DNA of 64,000 nucleotides, taken from contig DAOUJH010000004.1 in NCBI GenBank assembly GCA_034422935.1, forward strand, positions 5,269 to 69,268, read 5' to 3'. Positions 56,533 through 64,000 of the stretch are shown in pieces. How positions within the stretch are numbered: position 1 is the first letter of the stretch; each line of letters begins with the position of its first letter. The translations under genes and the position numbers were made by a program. The notes beneath the pieces were generated by a model that saw only the letters and a list, made by a program, of their open reading frames with translations, did no database searches and had not been told where the DNA came from. This stretch comes from Dehalococcoidia bacterium. GTDB taxonomy: Bacteria > Chloroflexota > Dehalococcoidia > Lucifugimonadales > QGNO01.

Positions 56533-58896
56533 TCAAGTGGAAGTAGGAGCAGGCTTGGAACGCCTCAGCATGATGACAAGCAGCGCCCCTCCGCCGATTA
56601 TTGGGATCAGCCCGGCAGCGAACAGCAGACCTATCAGCAGCGGCGACACACCGCCGTCGTCCTCTACGTCGTCTTGTATCGCTTTCAGCTCTTCAACGGC
56701 GGTAAACAGGTTCCGAATGTCTTCGCTGAGGGTGCTGCCCTCATCATCGCCGCCGTCCAAGCCTTCCAGGAGCTGCGACAGCTCCTCTATTCCCTGAGTT
56801 GCCTCTTGGATATTGTCGAATCCGAAGTCCATGAAGAACGATGACGAGGCTAAATTGCCCGACTCCTCTATGGCGCGTACCGTGTGCGCCCCTTCGCCCG
56901 ATATGGGTACGAAGATCTGCGAGGTGAACCTGCCTTCGTCATTGGTGCGGGTGGTGGAAACTATCACGCCCGCCACCTCTATGAACACGTTGCGGTCAGG
57001 CTGGAAGTTGAACCCCTGTATGACCACGTCCTTTCCGCCGGGTCCGGAGGGCGGTGAGATGAAGATGGACGGCGACGGCATCAACTCCTGCCTGGCGAAA
57101 CCTATCTTCTGGTTCAACCCGCCGAACTCTCCCAGGCGGCTGTCCGCCCAGACCATGTACACGTCGTCTTCAGTGGCCTCTATGGCAAAGTAGTCTCCAA
57201 TGAACTGCCCGCTGGGAAACGCCTGGTTGGGGTTGGAAGGAAAGTCGGTTACCCTGCTGTTCAACCCCCAGGACTCGCCTCCGTCCTCCGACGTGGCGTA
57301 GTAGATGTGATAGCTCACGTTTTGAGGGTCGTCTCTGAAGTCGCCCCACATAGCGTGCAGGTTGCCCTCCGGGTCTATCGCCATCTCCGGGAAGAACTGG
57401 AATGCGTTCGTCTCATCATCGTTGACTCTGATGCGGCGGCTCCAGTTTCTCCCTTGGTCGGTGGACTTCACAAAGAACACGTCTCCGTCGTCGTTCGGGT
57501 TGTCGGAGGGTACCGCCACCCAGAGCACGTAGACCTCGTCGTTGCTTCCCAAGGCCAGCTTGGGGAAAGCGGAGGCCCAGGAACGGAAAACGTGGTCTCT
57601 GGAGCGGAACTTGGGTTCCAAGTATCCGCTGGCCCTTCTGGGCGTTTGGAAAGACCTGCCGCCGTTGTCTGACCTGGCGACGTGTATTTCGCCAAGGCCT
57701 TCAAACGAGTCGTCATTGGTGGAGTCCATCCAGGCAACGTAGACCGTGCCGTCCGGAGCGACGGCAACGTCCGGTCCCTGCACAATCTGCCGGCTGCTTA
57801 CAGCTTGCCCGGTCTCTTCCTGTCCCGGAGGAGCGTTAATTGGCTCCGACTCCGCGGCTTCCGGAGGGTTGACCAGTATGTTGAAAAGCGCCCTGGGGCT
57901 TACTTCAATGGGATCAGTCCAGGTCACGCCGCCGTCCTCTGAGCGGACCATCTCTATCACCGTTTCCAGAGTGCCGGGGCCCAGCGTGGGCAATTCATCG
58001 ATCCAGAGGACGCTGGCGGTCTGTATGAAGTTGGTGTAGACAACGTAGATGTTGTCCTTGGACGGGTCGTCCGGGCTTGGTCCAATTGCCATCCAGGGCT
58101 TGTCCAGAAATCCTATCTCTATCTCCCCGCGAATCCGGCCGTCGGTGCTGGGCAGCAACCTAGAGGCGAAACGGCCCCTGGATGTTTCCAGCGGGTCTAC
58201 CCAGGTAAAGCCGCCGTCGTCAGAACGGGCCACTGAGATGGCTGAGACTATCGCGGTGCCCACCAGAGGGCCGATGGTGAACTCCTCTATGTCCAGCGAA
58301 ATGGAAGCAAGGTAGGCGGTGCCATTCTGATCGAAGGCCACAATGGGGTCGCCTGCGGAACCAAGGCTCTCCCTGGGATACTTGGCTCTATTGGGCCCTT
58401 CCCAAGTAGCCCCTCCGTCTATGCTTGAGTAGGTCACCATGTTGGGGAAGTTGTAATCGATCATGCCCACCAGAAGGTGGTCAGGGTCATTGGGGTCGAC
58501 CGCAATGCTCGGTTCGGTTTGGAAGGTGAACTGTGAGTAGTCACTGGGGATCAATATGTTGCGGCTGAACTTCGCCGATGGGTCTCGGAACGGCACCAGC
58601 GCAGCGCCGCCGCCGGCCTGCTGTTGTGGAGACCCTCCAATCGACGTGGACGGTATGGACAGACCGCCGTCCAACCCGATGCCCATCGCCGGGTCTTGTC
58701 CCGTGGTGACCAGCCAGCTGCGCCCCGAAAGGCGGTCGCGGATGCTGGGTAACGGCATCATCAACTCATCGGGATTTATCTGGGTCAGGTCTATCACGCC
58801 TTCATCGGCGCCGGAGGTCAGAGGCATCAAAGCTAACAAAGCTAACACTGAGATAAAAACTAGGCCAAGCTTCAGTCTAGTGATCAAGAGCGGCAC
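56533..58896 (-). CDS. BNR/Asp-box six-bladed propeller (sialidase-like) protein with an IPT/TIG-like domain and a C-terminal TM anchor
   Basis: Six Asp-boxes: 'SIDGGATW', 'SDDGGFTW', 'SEDGGVTW', 'SDNGGRSF', 'STDQGRNW' and 'SEDGGESW'. 'GKDVVIQGFNFQPDRNVFIEV' is present. C-terminal 'LLIGLLFAAGLIPIIGGGALLVIML'. Confidence 0.8.
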   Translation of the reverse strand: MPLLITRLKLGLVFISVLALLALMPLTSGADEGVIDLTQINPDELMMPLPSIRDRLSGRSWLVTTGQDPAMGIGLDGGLSIPSTSIGGSPQQQAGGGAALVPFRDPSAKFSRNILIPSDYSQFTFQTEPSIAVDPNDPDHLLVGMIDYNFPNMVTYSSIDGGATWEGPNRAKYPRESLGSAGDPIVAFDQNGTAYLASISLDIEEFTIGPLVGTAIVSAISVARSDDGGFTWVDPLETSRGRFASRLLPSTDGRIRGEIEIGFLDKPWMAIGPSPDDPSKDNIYVVYTNFIQTASVLWIDELPTLGPGTLETVIEMVRSEDGGVTWTDPIEVSPRALFNILVNPPEAAESEPINAPPGQEETGQAVSSRQIVQGPDVAVAPDGTVYVAWMDSTNDDSFEGLGEIHVARSDNGGRSFQTPRRASGYLEPKFRSRDHVFRSWASAFPKLALGSNDEVYVLWVAVPSDNPNDDGDVFFVKSTDQGRNWSRRIRVNDDETNAFQFFPEMAIDPEGNLHAMWGDFRDDPQNVSYHIYYATSEDGGESWGLNSRVTDFPSNPNQAFPSGQFIGDYFAIEATEDDVYMVWADSRLGEFGGLNQKIGFARQELMPSPSIFISPPSGPGGKDVVIQGFNFQPDRNVFIEVAGVIVSTTRTNDEGRFTSQIFVPISGEGAHTVRAIEESGNLASSSFFMDFGFDNIQEATQGIEELSQLLEGLDGGDDEGSTLSEDIRNLFTAVEELKAIQDDVEDDGGVSPLLIGLLFAAGLIPIIGGGALLVIMLRRSKPAPTST

Positions 58897-59091
58897 TCCC
58901 TTTTCGGCTCCGTATTAGTTGGGTGCATCTTCTCAGCCATCAACACGGTCAAGGATATATGGTATCATAACCTTTAGCTATAAAGATGCGGCATATTACG
59001 AATAACGAATTTTGCCGTTGTTTGTCATTGAAGTATTGCTGACACTTATAATCCCTGCTGCGTTGTATTAAAAAATCCCCCGGAGGATAGG

Positions 59092-61338
59092 TTGAGAGTT
59101 TACCTTATTGTTGCGGCGCTGCTCCTGCTTGCGGCCTTGGCCTGCACTTCCGAGGAGCCCAGCCCCACGGAAATGCCCACGCAGACACCTGAAGCGTCGC
59201 CGATACCCACACCCACGCCTACTCCTATACCATCGGCAACACCAACACCCCGGCCGAGTCCCACTCCTACGCCAAGCCAGACGCCTACGCCAACCAGCCA
59301 GCCATCGCCAGCGACGCCCACGGCTACACCGACGCCTGTGGACGAGATCACCATCCCCGACTCTTTCCAGACCCTGATAAACAGGAACTTTGGATTCCAA
59401 CTCAGGTATCCGCCGGATTGGAACGTGGTGACCCGGGTAAATCCCCCTACCATGGTGCTAATGGGTAACCCCGGCGGCGCTCCATCGTTGGTCCAGGTGA
59501 GCCTGTTCTATGACACGGCCATAGTCACGCCGGACGCCGCCGTGGATAATTTGTTGCCCGAGCTGTTCAGCCGCACAGGGTTCCGCACTCTGGACGACAC
59601 TGTAGTCAATCTCAACGACGGCTCTACCGGTTTTCAGACCACCTACCAGTGGCGCAGCGACCAGGGAGAGGAGCAGGGCGTCCTTTTTGCCACTGTGCGA
59701 GGCACTCAGAAATTCTTTATACGAGCCGAGGGTCCCAAGGACGACTTCGAAGCCAGTATGGATGACCTGCAAGCGTTCATAGCCAGCTTTCAACTGAACG
59801 AGCCGCGACCCTTGGACATCCCGCGCCGGGAAGCGCTCACCCTCTACTTTGACGACGGCCCGCTGTTGCTGGACCCCGCCATTGCCCAAGAAAGCCAGTC
59901 CATCCAGTACATCATGCAGGTGTTCTCCGGCTTGGTCTCTTTCAACAAGGATCTGGTGCTAGTGCCTGAACTGGCCAGCGAATGGTCTATCTCTGAAGAC
60001 GGCACGGTCTACACTTTCACTCTGCAAGATGGAGCAAAGTTCCATGACGGGAGGCCGGTCACCGCCGCTGACGTCAAGTTTTCCTGGGAACGGGCCTGGG
60101 AACTGGCCGACTCTCCTGGTCTACCCTCCACCACGGTGGGCACATACCTGGATGACGTAGTGGGAATAGAGGAATTCACAAGCGGCGATGCCGAAGAGAT
60201 CAGTGGCGTCCAAGTAATCGACGACGCCACTCTCCAGGTGACAATAGACGACGCCAAGTCATATTTTCTCGCCAAGCTGTCCCATCCCGTGGCGTTTGTG
60301 GTGGATCAGAACCAGATAGCAGCCAGCCAGGGGAGCGGTATACCCTGGTGGGCGGAGCCCAACGGCACGGGGCCTTTCAAGCTGATCAGCTGGGAACCCC
60401 GCAAAGTGATGGCGCTGCAGGCCAATGACGAGTTCTACGGAGGGGCGCCTCCGGTACCTTACTTGGTCTACAGACTGTACGGCGGTGTGCCGCGCCTGAT
60501 GTACGAATCCGGTGAAATAGACGTTGCCCGTGTCTTTGGGGATGAGTTGCCGCAGGTGAAGAGCCCCGATTATCCACTGGCCGGTGAGCTGGTTGAAACT
60601 TCTGAGCTTAGCGTCAACTACGTCGCCATTAACTCTGGCGAACCCCCATTCGATGATCCACTTGTACGCAAGGCGTTCCTGCTGAGTGTTGACAGGGAGA
60701 CTCTATTGGAGGACATATCAGGTGGAGCGGTGGAGCTGGCGAACGGGTTCCTGCCGCCCGGCCTGCCCGGCTACAACCCGGACATAGCCGCCATCCCATT
60801 CGACCCAGATGAGGCGCAACGACTCTTGGAACAGTCGTCCTACGGCGGCGTGGAATCTCTGCCCGACATAGTCTATTCCGCCTCCGGAGTAACGCGGCCG
60901 TCCACAATTGTTTCGCAACTCATTCAGATGTGGAGGATCAACCTGGGCGTGGAGGTGGACGTCCGGCTAGTGGATCCCGACGTCTATTTTTACGCACTGG
61001 ATCAAATTGATAAGAACCTGTTCAACTACGGCTGGATAGCGGATTACCCCGACCCACAAAACTTCCTGGATGTCCTGTTCCATTCCTCTACGGAGAACAA
61101 CCAGGGCGGATACAACAACGCGGAAGTCGATTCCCTGCTGGAGCAGGCCAGGGTGGAGCAGGACCCCAAGCAGAGGACGGAGTTGTACCGCCAGGCTGAA
61201 GCCATGCTAGTAGAAGACGCCGCGGCCATCCCGCTATACCATGGACGGAACCAGATGCTGGTCAAGCCCTACGTAAATGACCTGCTCTTCACTCCGTTCG
61301 GCATGCTGGACTTGAGGGGCGCGTCTCTGGACAGGTAG
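59092..61338 (+). CDS. family-5 ABC substrate-binding lipoprotein with a PT linker and an extra N-terminal domain
   Basis: TTG start and lipobox 'LLLLAALAC', then a PT-rich linker. An extra domain of about 170 aa ('FGFQLRYPPDWNV') precedes the SBP_bac_5-like body. Confidence 0.85.
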   Translation: MRVYLIVAALLLLAALACTSEEPSPTEMPTQTPEASPIPTPTPTPIPSATPTPRPSPTPTPSQTPTPTSQPSPATPTATPTPVDEITIPDSFQTLINRNFGFQLRYPPDWNVVTRVNPPTMVLMGNPGGAPSLVQVSLFYDTAIVTPDAAVDNLLPELFSRTGFRTLDDTVVNLNDGSTGFQTTYQWRSDQGEEQGVLFATVRGTQKFFIRAEGPKDDFEASMDDLQAFIASFQLNEPRPLDIPRREALTLYFDDGPLLLDPAIAQESQSIQYIMQVFSGLVSFNKDLVLVPELASEWSISEDGTVYTFTLQDGAKFHDGRPVTAADVKFSWERAWELADSPGLPSTTVGTYLDDVVGIEEFTSGDAEEISGVQVIDDATLQVTIDDAKSYFLAKLSHPVAFVVDQNQIAASQGSGIPWWAEPNGTGPFKLISWEPRKVMALQANDEFYGGAPPVPYLVYRLYGGVPRLMYESGEIDVARVFGDELPQVKSPDYPLAGELVETSELSVNYVAINSGEPPFDDPLVRKAFLLSVDRETLLEDISGGAVELANGFLPPGLPGYNPDIAAIPFDPDEAQRLLEQSSYGGVESLPDIVYSASGVTRPSTIVSQLIQMWRINLGVEVDVRLVDPDVYFYALDQIDKNLFNYGWIADYPDPQNFLDVLFHSSTENNQGGYNNAEVDSLLEQARVEQDPKQRTELYRQAEAMLVEDAAAIPLYHGRNQMLVKPYVNDLLFTPFGMLDLRGASLDR

Positions 61339-61358
61339 TCCATTGGGCCAGTGTATGC

Positions 61359-62144
61359 TCAGGCAATGGACTGCCCCCCGTCTATTGCCCAAGTCTGCCC
61401 GGTGACATACGCGGCCGCATCGGATGCCAGGTAGACGGCCAGCAAGCCAACCTCACGGAGCCGCCCCACACGGCCTAGAGGCACCTGACTACCTCCCGCA
61501 TCCTCTCTGCGCTTGAGTTCTTCGACTGTCAGTTGCTCGGGGTCGGGGAACATGCCCGGCGCAATGGAGTTGACCCGTATACCGTGCGGCGCCCATTCCA
61601 GCGCAAGCGATTCCGTGAACCGCATCAGCCCGGCCTTCCCTGCATCATAAGCCGAACGAAGCGCCGCGGCTCGGAAGGAGGCAAAGCTGGAGATGTTGAT
61701 GACCACTCCACTGCGCTTCTCAATGAAGTGCGGGCCCACGGCGCTGCAACATGTGAAGGCGGATGTCAGGTTCACGTCCAGGATGTGGCGCCAGTCGTCC
61801 TCGCTCATTCCGCTTGCGCCGTCCGGCAGATCGGCTACCGGCATGCGGATGGAGTCGCCTACGCAGTTCACCAGTATGTCGATGCCGCCAAGTCCTTCAA
61901 TGGCCTGGCCGATTACGTCGTTCATATCCGCCAGCCTGGTGGCGTCTCCTGTGAGAGCCAGGGCTTTTCTGCCCATAGCCTTGACCTGTTCCGCCACCGT
62001 GGTGGAGCTATTCGCAGTCAAAGAAGCCACAGCCACGTCTACTCCGGCCTCCGCCAGCACCAGGGCTATTCCTTTGCCGATTCCCCTTCCCGCCCCTACC
62101 AAAAGGGCTCTTTTACCTTCCAAACTGTACTCTGGCAACTCCAT
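61359..62144 (-). CDS. SDR-family oxidoreductase
   Basis: 'LVGAGRGIGKGIAL' (TGxxxGxG-type) and 'YDAGKAG' (YxxxK). Confidence 0.85.
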   Translation of the reverse strand: MELPEYSLEGKRALLVGAGRGIGKGIALVLAEAGVDVAVASLTANSSTTVAEQVKAMGRKALALTGDATRLADMNDVIGQAIEGLGGIDILVNCVGDSIRMPVADLPDGASGMSEDDWRHILDVNLTSAFTCCSAVGPHFIEKRSGVVINISSFASFRAAALRSAYDAGKAGLMRFTESLALEWAPHGIRVNSIAPGMFPDPEQLTVEELKRREDAGGSQVPLGRVGRLREVGLLAVYLASDAAAYVTGQTWAIDGGQSIA

Positions 62145-62258
62145 ATGACGACTCCTTGTTGTGATGCTTCCTGATTGGGACTAGAATGCCCTTTAGCCGG
62201 TTGCCTTCCAGGCGTTCGTATCGGCATTCTAACCGATTCGACCCGGCCGGCCCTATCC

Positions 62259-63629
62259 ATGAGCTTGATTCCAGGTAGAACAACAAAACCCGAGCCCTTG
62301 AACGCACCTGCTCCGCCCAAAGAGCAGCACTGGCGCAGACGTACCTTCGAATCGTTCCAGGTATCCGCCTACCGCTGGTACTGGGGCGGAATGATGGGCC
62401 AGATGGCCGCCATGAACATGCAGATGGTGGCTCGCGCCTGGCTGGTATACGAACTGACCGACCAGTACGTAATGCTTGGCTTGATGATGCTGGCCAACGC
62501 CGGGCCCATGCTTCTGCTCTCCCTGTTTGGGGGCGTCATAGCGGACAGGATGCAGAAGAAGATAATACTGCTAGTGGGCCAAGCGGCTTCGGCGGGCGTA
62601 GCGCTCAGCGTAGCCATAGCCATGGTCGTGGGGATAATCAGCCTGGAAAGAGGGACCGGGGTAGGCTTTCTTATAGCGACCTCTGCCGTGCATGGACTGG
62701 TCATGGGCTTCATGATGCCCTCCCGGCAGGCCATCATCCCTGAGCTTGTGGGCACGCGGCGCTTGATGAACGCTGTGGCGTTGAACGCGGCAGGTATGAA
62801 CATCAACAGACTGGCCGCCCCCGGAGCGGCGGGGTTGCTAATAGCTCTGTTTGGCGTGCAAACCGTCTACTTCTCCATGACCGGAATGTACGTTATAGCT
62901 ATCGCGCTCATAGCCATGCTACCCTCCACTACCCCCATTGCAGGCCGTAGAAGCGCCTGGGCAGACTTGGTGGAAGGGCTGCGGTATGTGAAGAGCAACA
63001 ATTTGGTGCTTGCACTGCTCACCTTGACCATGCTCAGCGTCTCACTTTCCATGCCCATAATGCCGTTGATGCCCGCCTTTGCCAAAGACATCCAGATAGT
63101 TGCGCCGGGCAGCTACGATTGGGTTGTATCTCTGCCGCTCATTGGCGGACTGCTGAGTAGCCTGCCCCAGCTGCTCACCGAGTCCAGCTTCCGGCTTGGA
63201 ATGTTGATGAGCATCTCCGGTGTGGGTTCGCTTGTCGGCTCGCTGCTGGTAGCATCCATGCGCAACAGAAACCGCGGCGCCATTTTCCTTTGGAGCACGC
63301 CCTCTTTGGGATTGCTGCTTGCTCTATACGCTTTCACAAGCTCGTTCGAGCTTGCCTTGCTGGTATGCATAGGCATCGGACTGGGGCAATCGGCGCGCAT
63401 GGCGCTGAGCAACGGGCTGGTGCAATACAACGTAGACGACGAGCACAGAGGGCGCGTCATGTCCTTCTACATGATGGAGATCGGAGTGAGCAACGTTGTT
63501 GTGTTCGCCGTAGCGGCGCTGGCGGAGACCATCGGCATTCAATGGGCGGTGGCCGGCTCCGCGCTGCTGCTATTGCCTGTGACGCTCGTCTACTACGTGT
63601 TCGTCCCTTCGGTGCGCCGTATGCAATGA
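62259..63629 (+). CDS. MFS transporter (paralogue of 25624-26886)
   Basis: 12-TM pattern with 'YRWYWGGMM'. Start set at Met29 (62259). The track start at 62175 would leave only 30 nt to the divergent SDR gene. Confidence 0.8.
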   Translation: MSLIPGRTTKPEPLNAPAPPKEQHWRRRTFESFQVSAYRWYWGGMMGQMAAMNMQMVARAWLVYELTDQYVMLGLMMLANAGPMLLLSLFGGVIADRMQKKIILLVGQAASAGVALSVAIAMVVGIISLERGTGVGFLIATSAVHGLVMGFMMPSRQAIIPELVGTRRLMNAVALNAAGMNINRLAAPGAAGLLIALFGVQTVYFSMTGMYVIAIALIAMLPSTTPIAGRRSAWADLVEGLRYVKSNNLVLALLTLTMLSVSLSMPIMPLMPAFAKDIQIVAPGSYDWVVSLPLIGGLLSSLPQLLTESSFRLGMLMSISGVGSLVGSLLVASMRNRNRGAIFLWSTPSLGLLLALYAFTSSFELALLVCIGIGLGQSARMALSNGLVQYNVDDEHRGRVMSFYMMEIGVSNVVVFAVAALAETIGIQWAVAGSALLLLPVTLVYYVFVPSVRRMQ

Positions 63630-63704
63630 GCATGCCTATGATGAAAGGAAATAACCTCGGAATTGCTATGGCCTCGTGGTGTCCACGCAAGGGTACGTTC
63701 TTTC

Positions 63705-63796
63705 GTCACTCCCGCGTAGGCGGGAGTCCACATATAGCCAATCCTGGATACCCGTTCACCGATCGGGGTCGGAGACAGGCTGCACGGGTATGACGG
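63705..63796 (+). repeat. two-hairpin repeat element, copy 2
   Basis: 'gtcactcccgcgtaggcgggagtcc' then 'ggatacccgttcaccgatcggggtcggagacaggctgcacgggtatgacgg', a nested hairpin. Confidence 0.65.
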
Positions 63797-63808
63797 TGGG
63801 TATCGCCA

Positions 63809-64000
63809 ATGAGATGCATCATTCACGCTGATCTGGACGCTTTCTACGCCTCCGTGGAGCAGATGGACCGCCCGGAGCTGCGGGGCAAGCCGGTAGTCGT
63901 GGGTGGAAGCCCCACAGGCCGCGGCGTAGTCGCTTCCTGTTCTTATGAGGCAAGGAAGTACGGAGTTCGGTCCGCCATGCCGATGGGAAGGGCTTTGCGT
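63809..64000 (+). CDS. dinB: DNA polymerase IV, N-terminal 64 codons (3' end lies outside the window)
   Basis: I translated this by hand from ATG 63809: '[64 protein letters not shown]'. It is not in the ORF track because it runs off the window. Confidence 0.85.
   Translation, partial: MRCIIHADLDAFYASVEQMDRPELRGKPVVVGGSPTGRGVVASCSYEARKYGVRSAMPMGRALR

Noticed and set aside
55278-56546. 422-aa plus-strand ORF (also 51644-52513, 5483-6235 and 8566-9246)
   Set aside because: These are long antisense ORFs inside strongly supported minus-strand genes (SBP, permease, VWA, coaE). They are typical of high-GC DNA and carry no motifs.

Overview
This is a high-GC bacterial chromosomal segment. Spot counts of single 60-nt lines give about 65% GC in core genes and about 40% in the accessory islets. 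Pro/Thr-linker lipoproteins, oversized family-5 solute-binding proteins and dense GC-rich hairpin repeats suggest an uncultured Chloroflexota-like organism, but I cannot verify taxonomy without a search. I support about 55 protein genes. They include housekeeping genes (pgi/pmi fragment, cinA, coaE, selA, recN, rarA, ltaE, lspA-rluD, gltX, fdx, adh, dinB fragment) and a six-gene peptide-type ABC importer locus with a BNR propeller protein and a second divergent binding protein. Regulators and signalling genes are also present (histidine kinase, LysR, PP2C). I recognised no rRNA, tRNA, CRISPR array, transposase or integrase. All product calls rest on motif recognition by eye, with no BLAST or HMM. 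Main observations: (1) The ORF pair 15729-16019 / 16044-16328 is one gene with an in-frame TGA at the first Cys of a thioredoxin-fold W-C-x-x-C motif. It is a candidate lipoprotein selenoprotein, with selA 5.7 kb away. (2) An AT-richer islet between ltaE and lspA carries a beta-class DNA methyltransferase fused to an HNH nuclease. Convergent to it is a tightly overlapping three-gene operon of unknown function whose last gene has a nucleoside 2-deoxyribosyltransferase-like motif. This is a candidate undescribed defence or conflict module. (3) A roughly 200-240 nt noncoding element occurs twice, in the same orientation, just upstream of selA and ltaE. (4) Several families of short hairpin repeats build a 0.7 kb intergenic mosaic and recur at five other intergenic sites. 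(5) Further accessory islets hold a GmrSD-like DUF262/DUF1524 gene, a PD-(D/E)xK-like gene with two small genes, and a HAD plus PLC-like phosphodiesterase fusion abutting an RHH protein. (6) A lipoprotein gene is frameshifted inside its Pro/Thr linker. (7) An AT-rich 0.7 kb intergenic region next to the LysR gene contains a T-N11-A dyad and a tandem 27-nt repeat.
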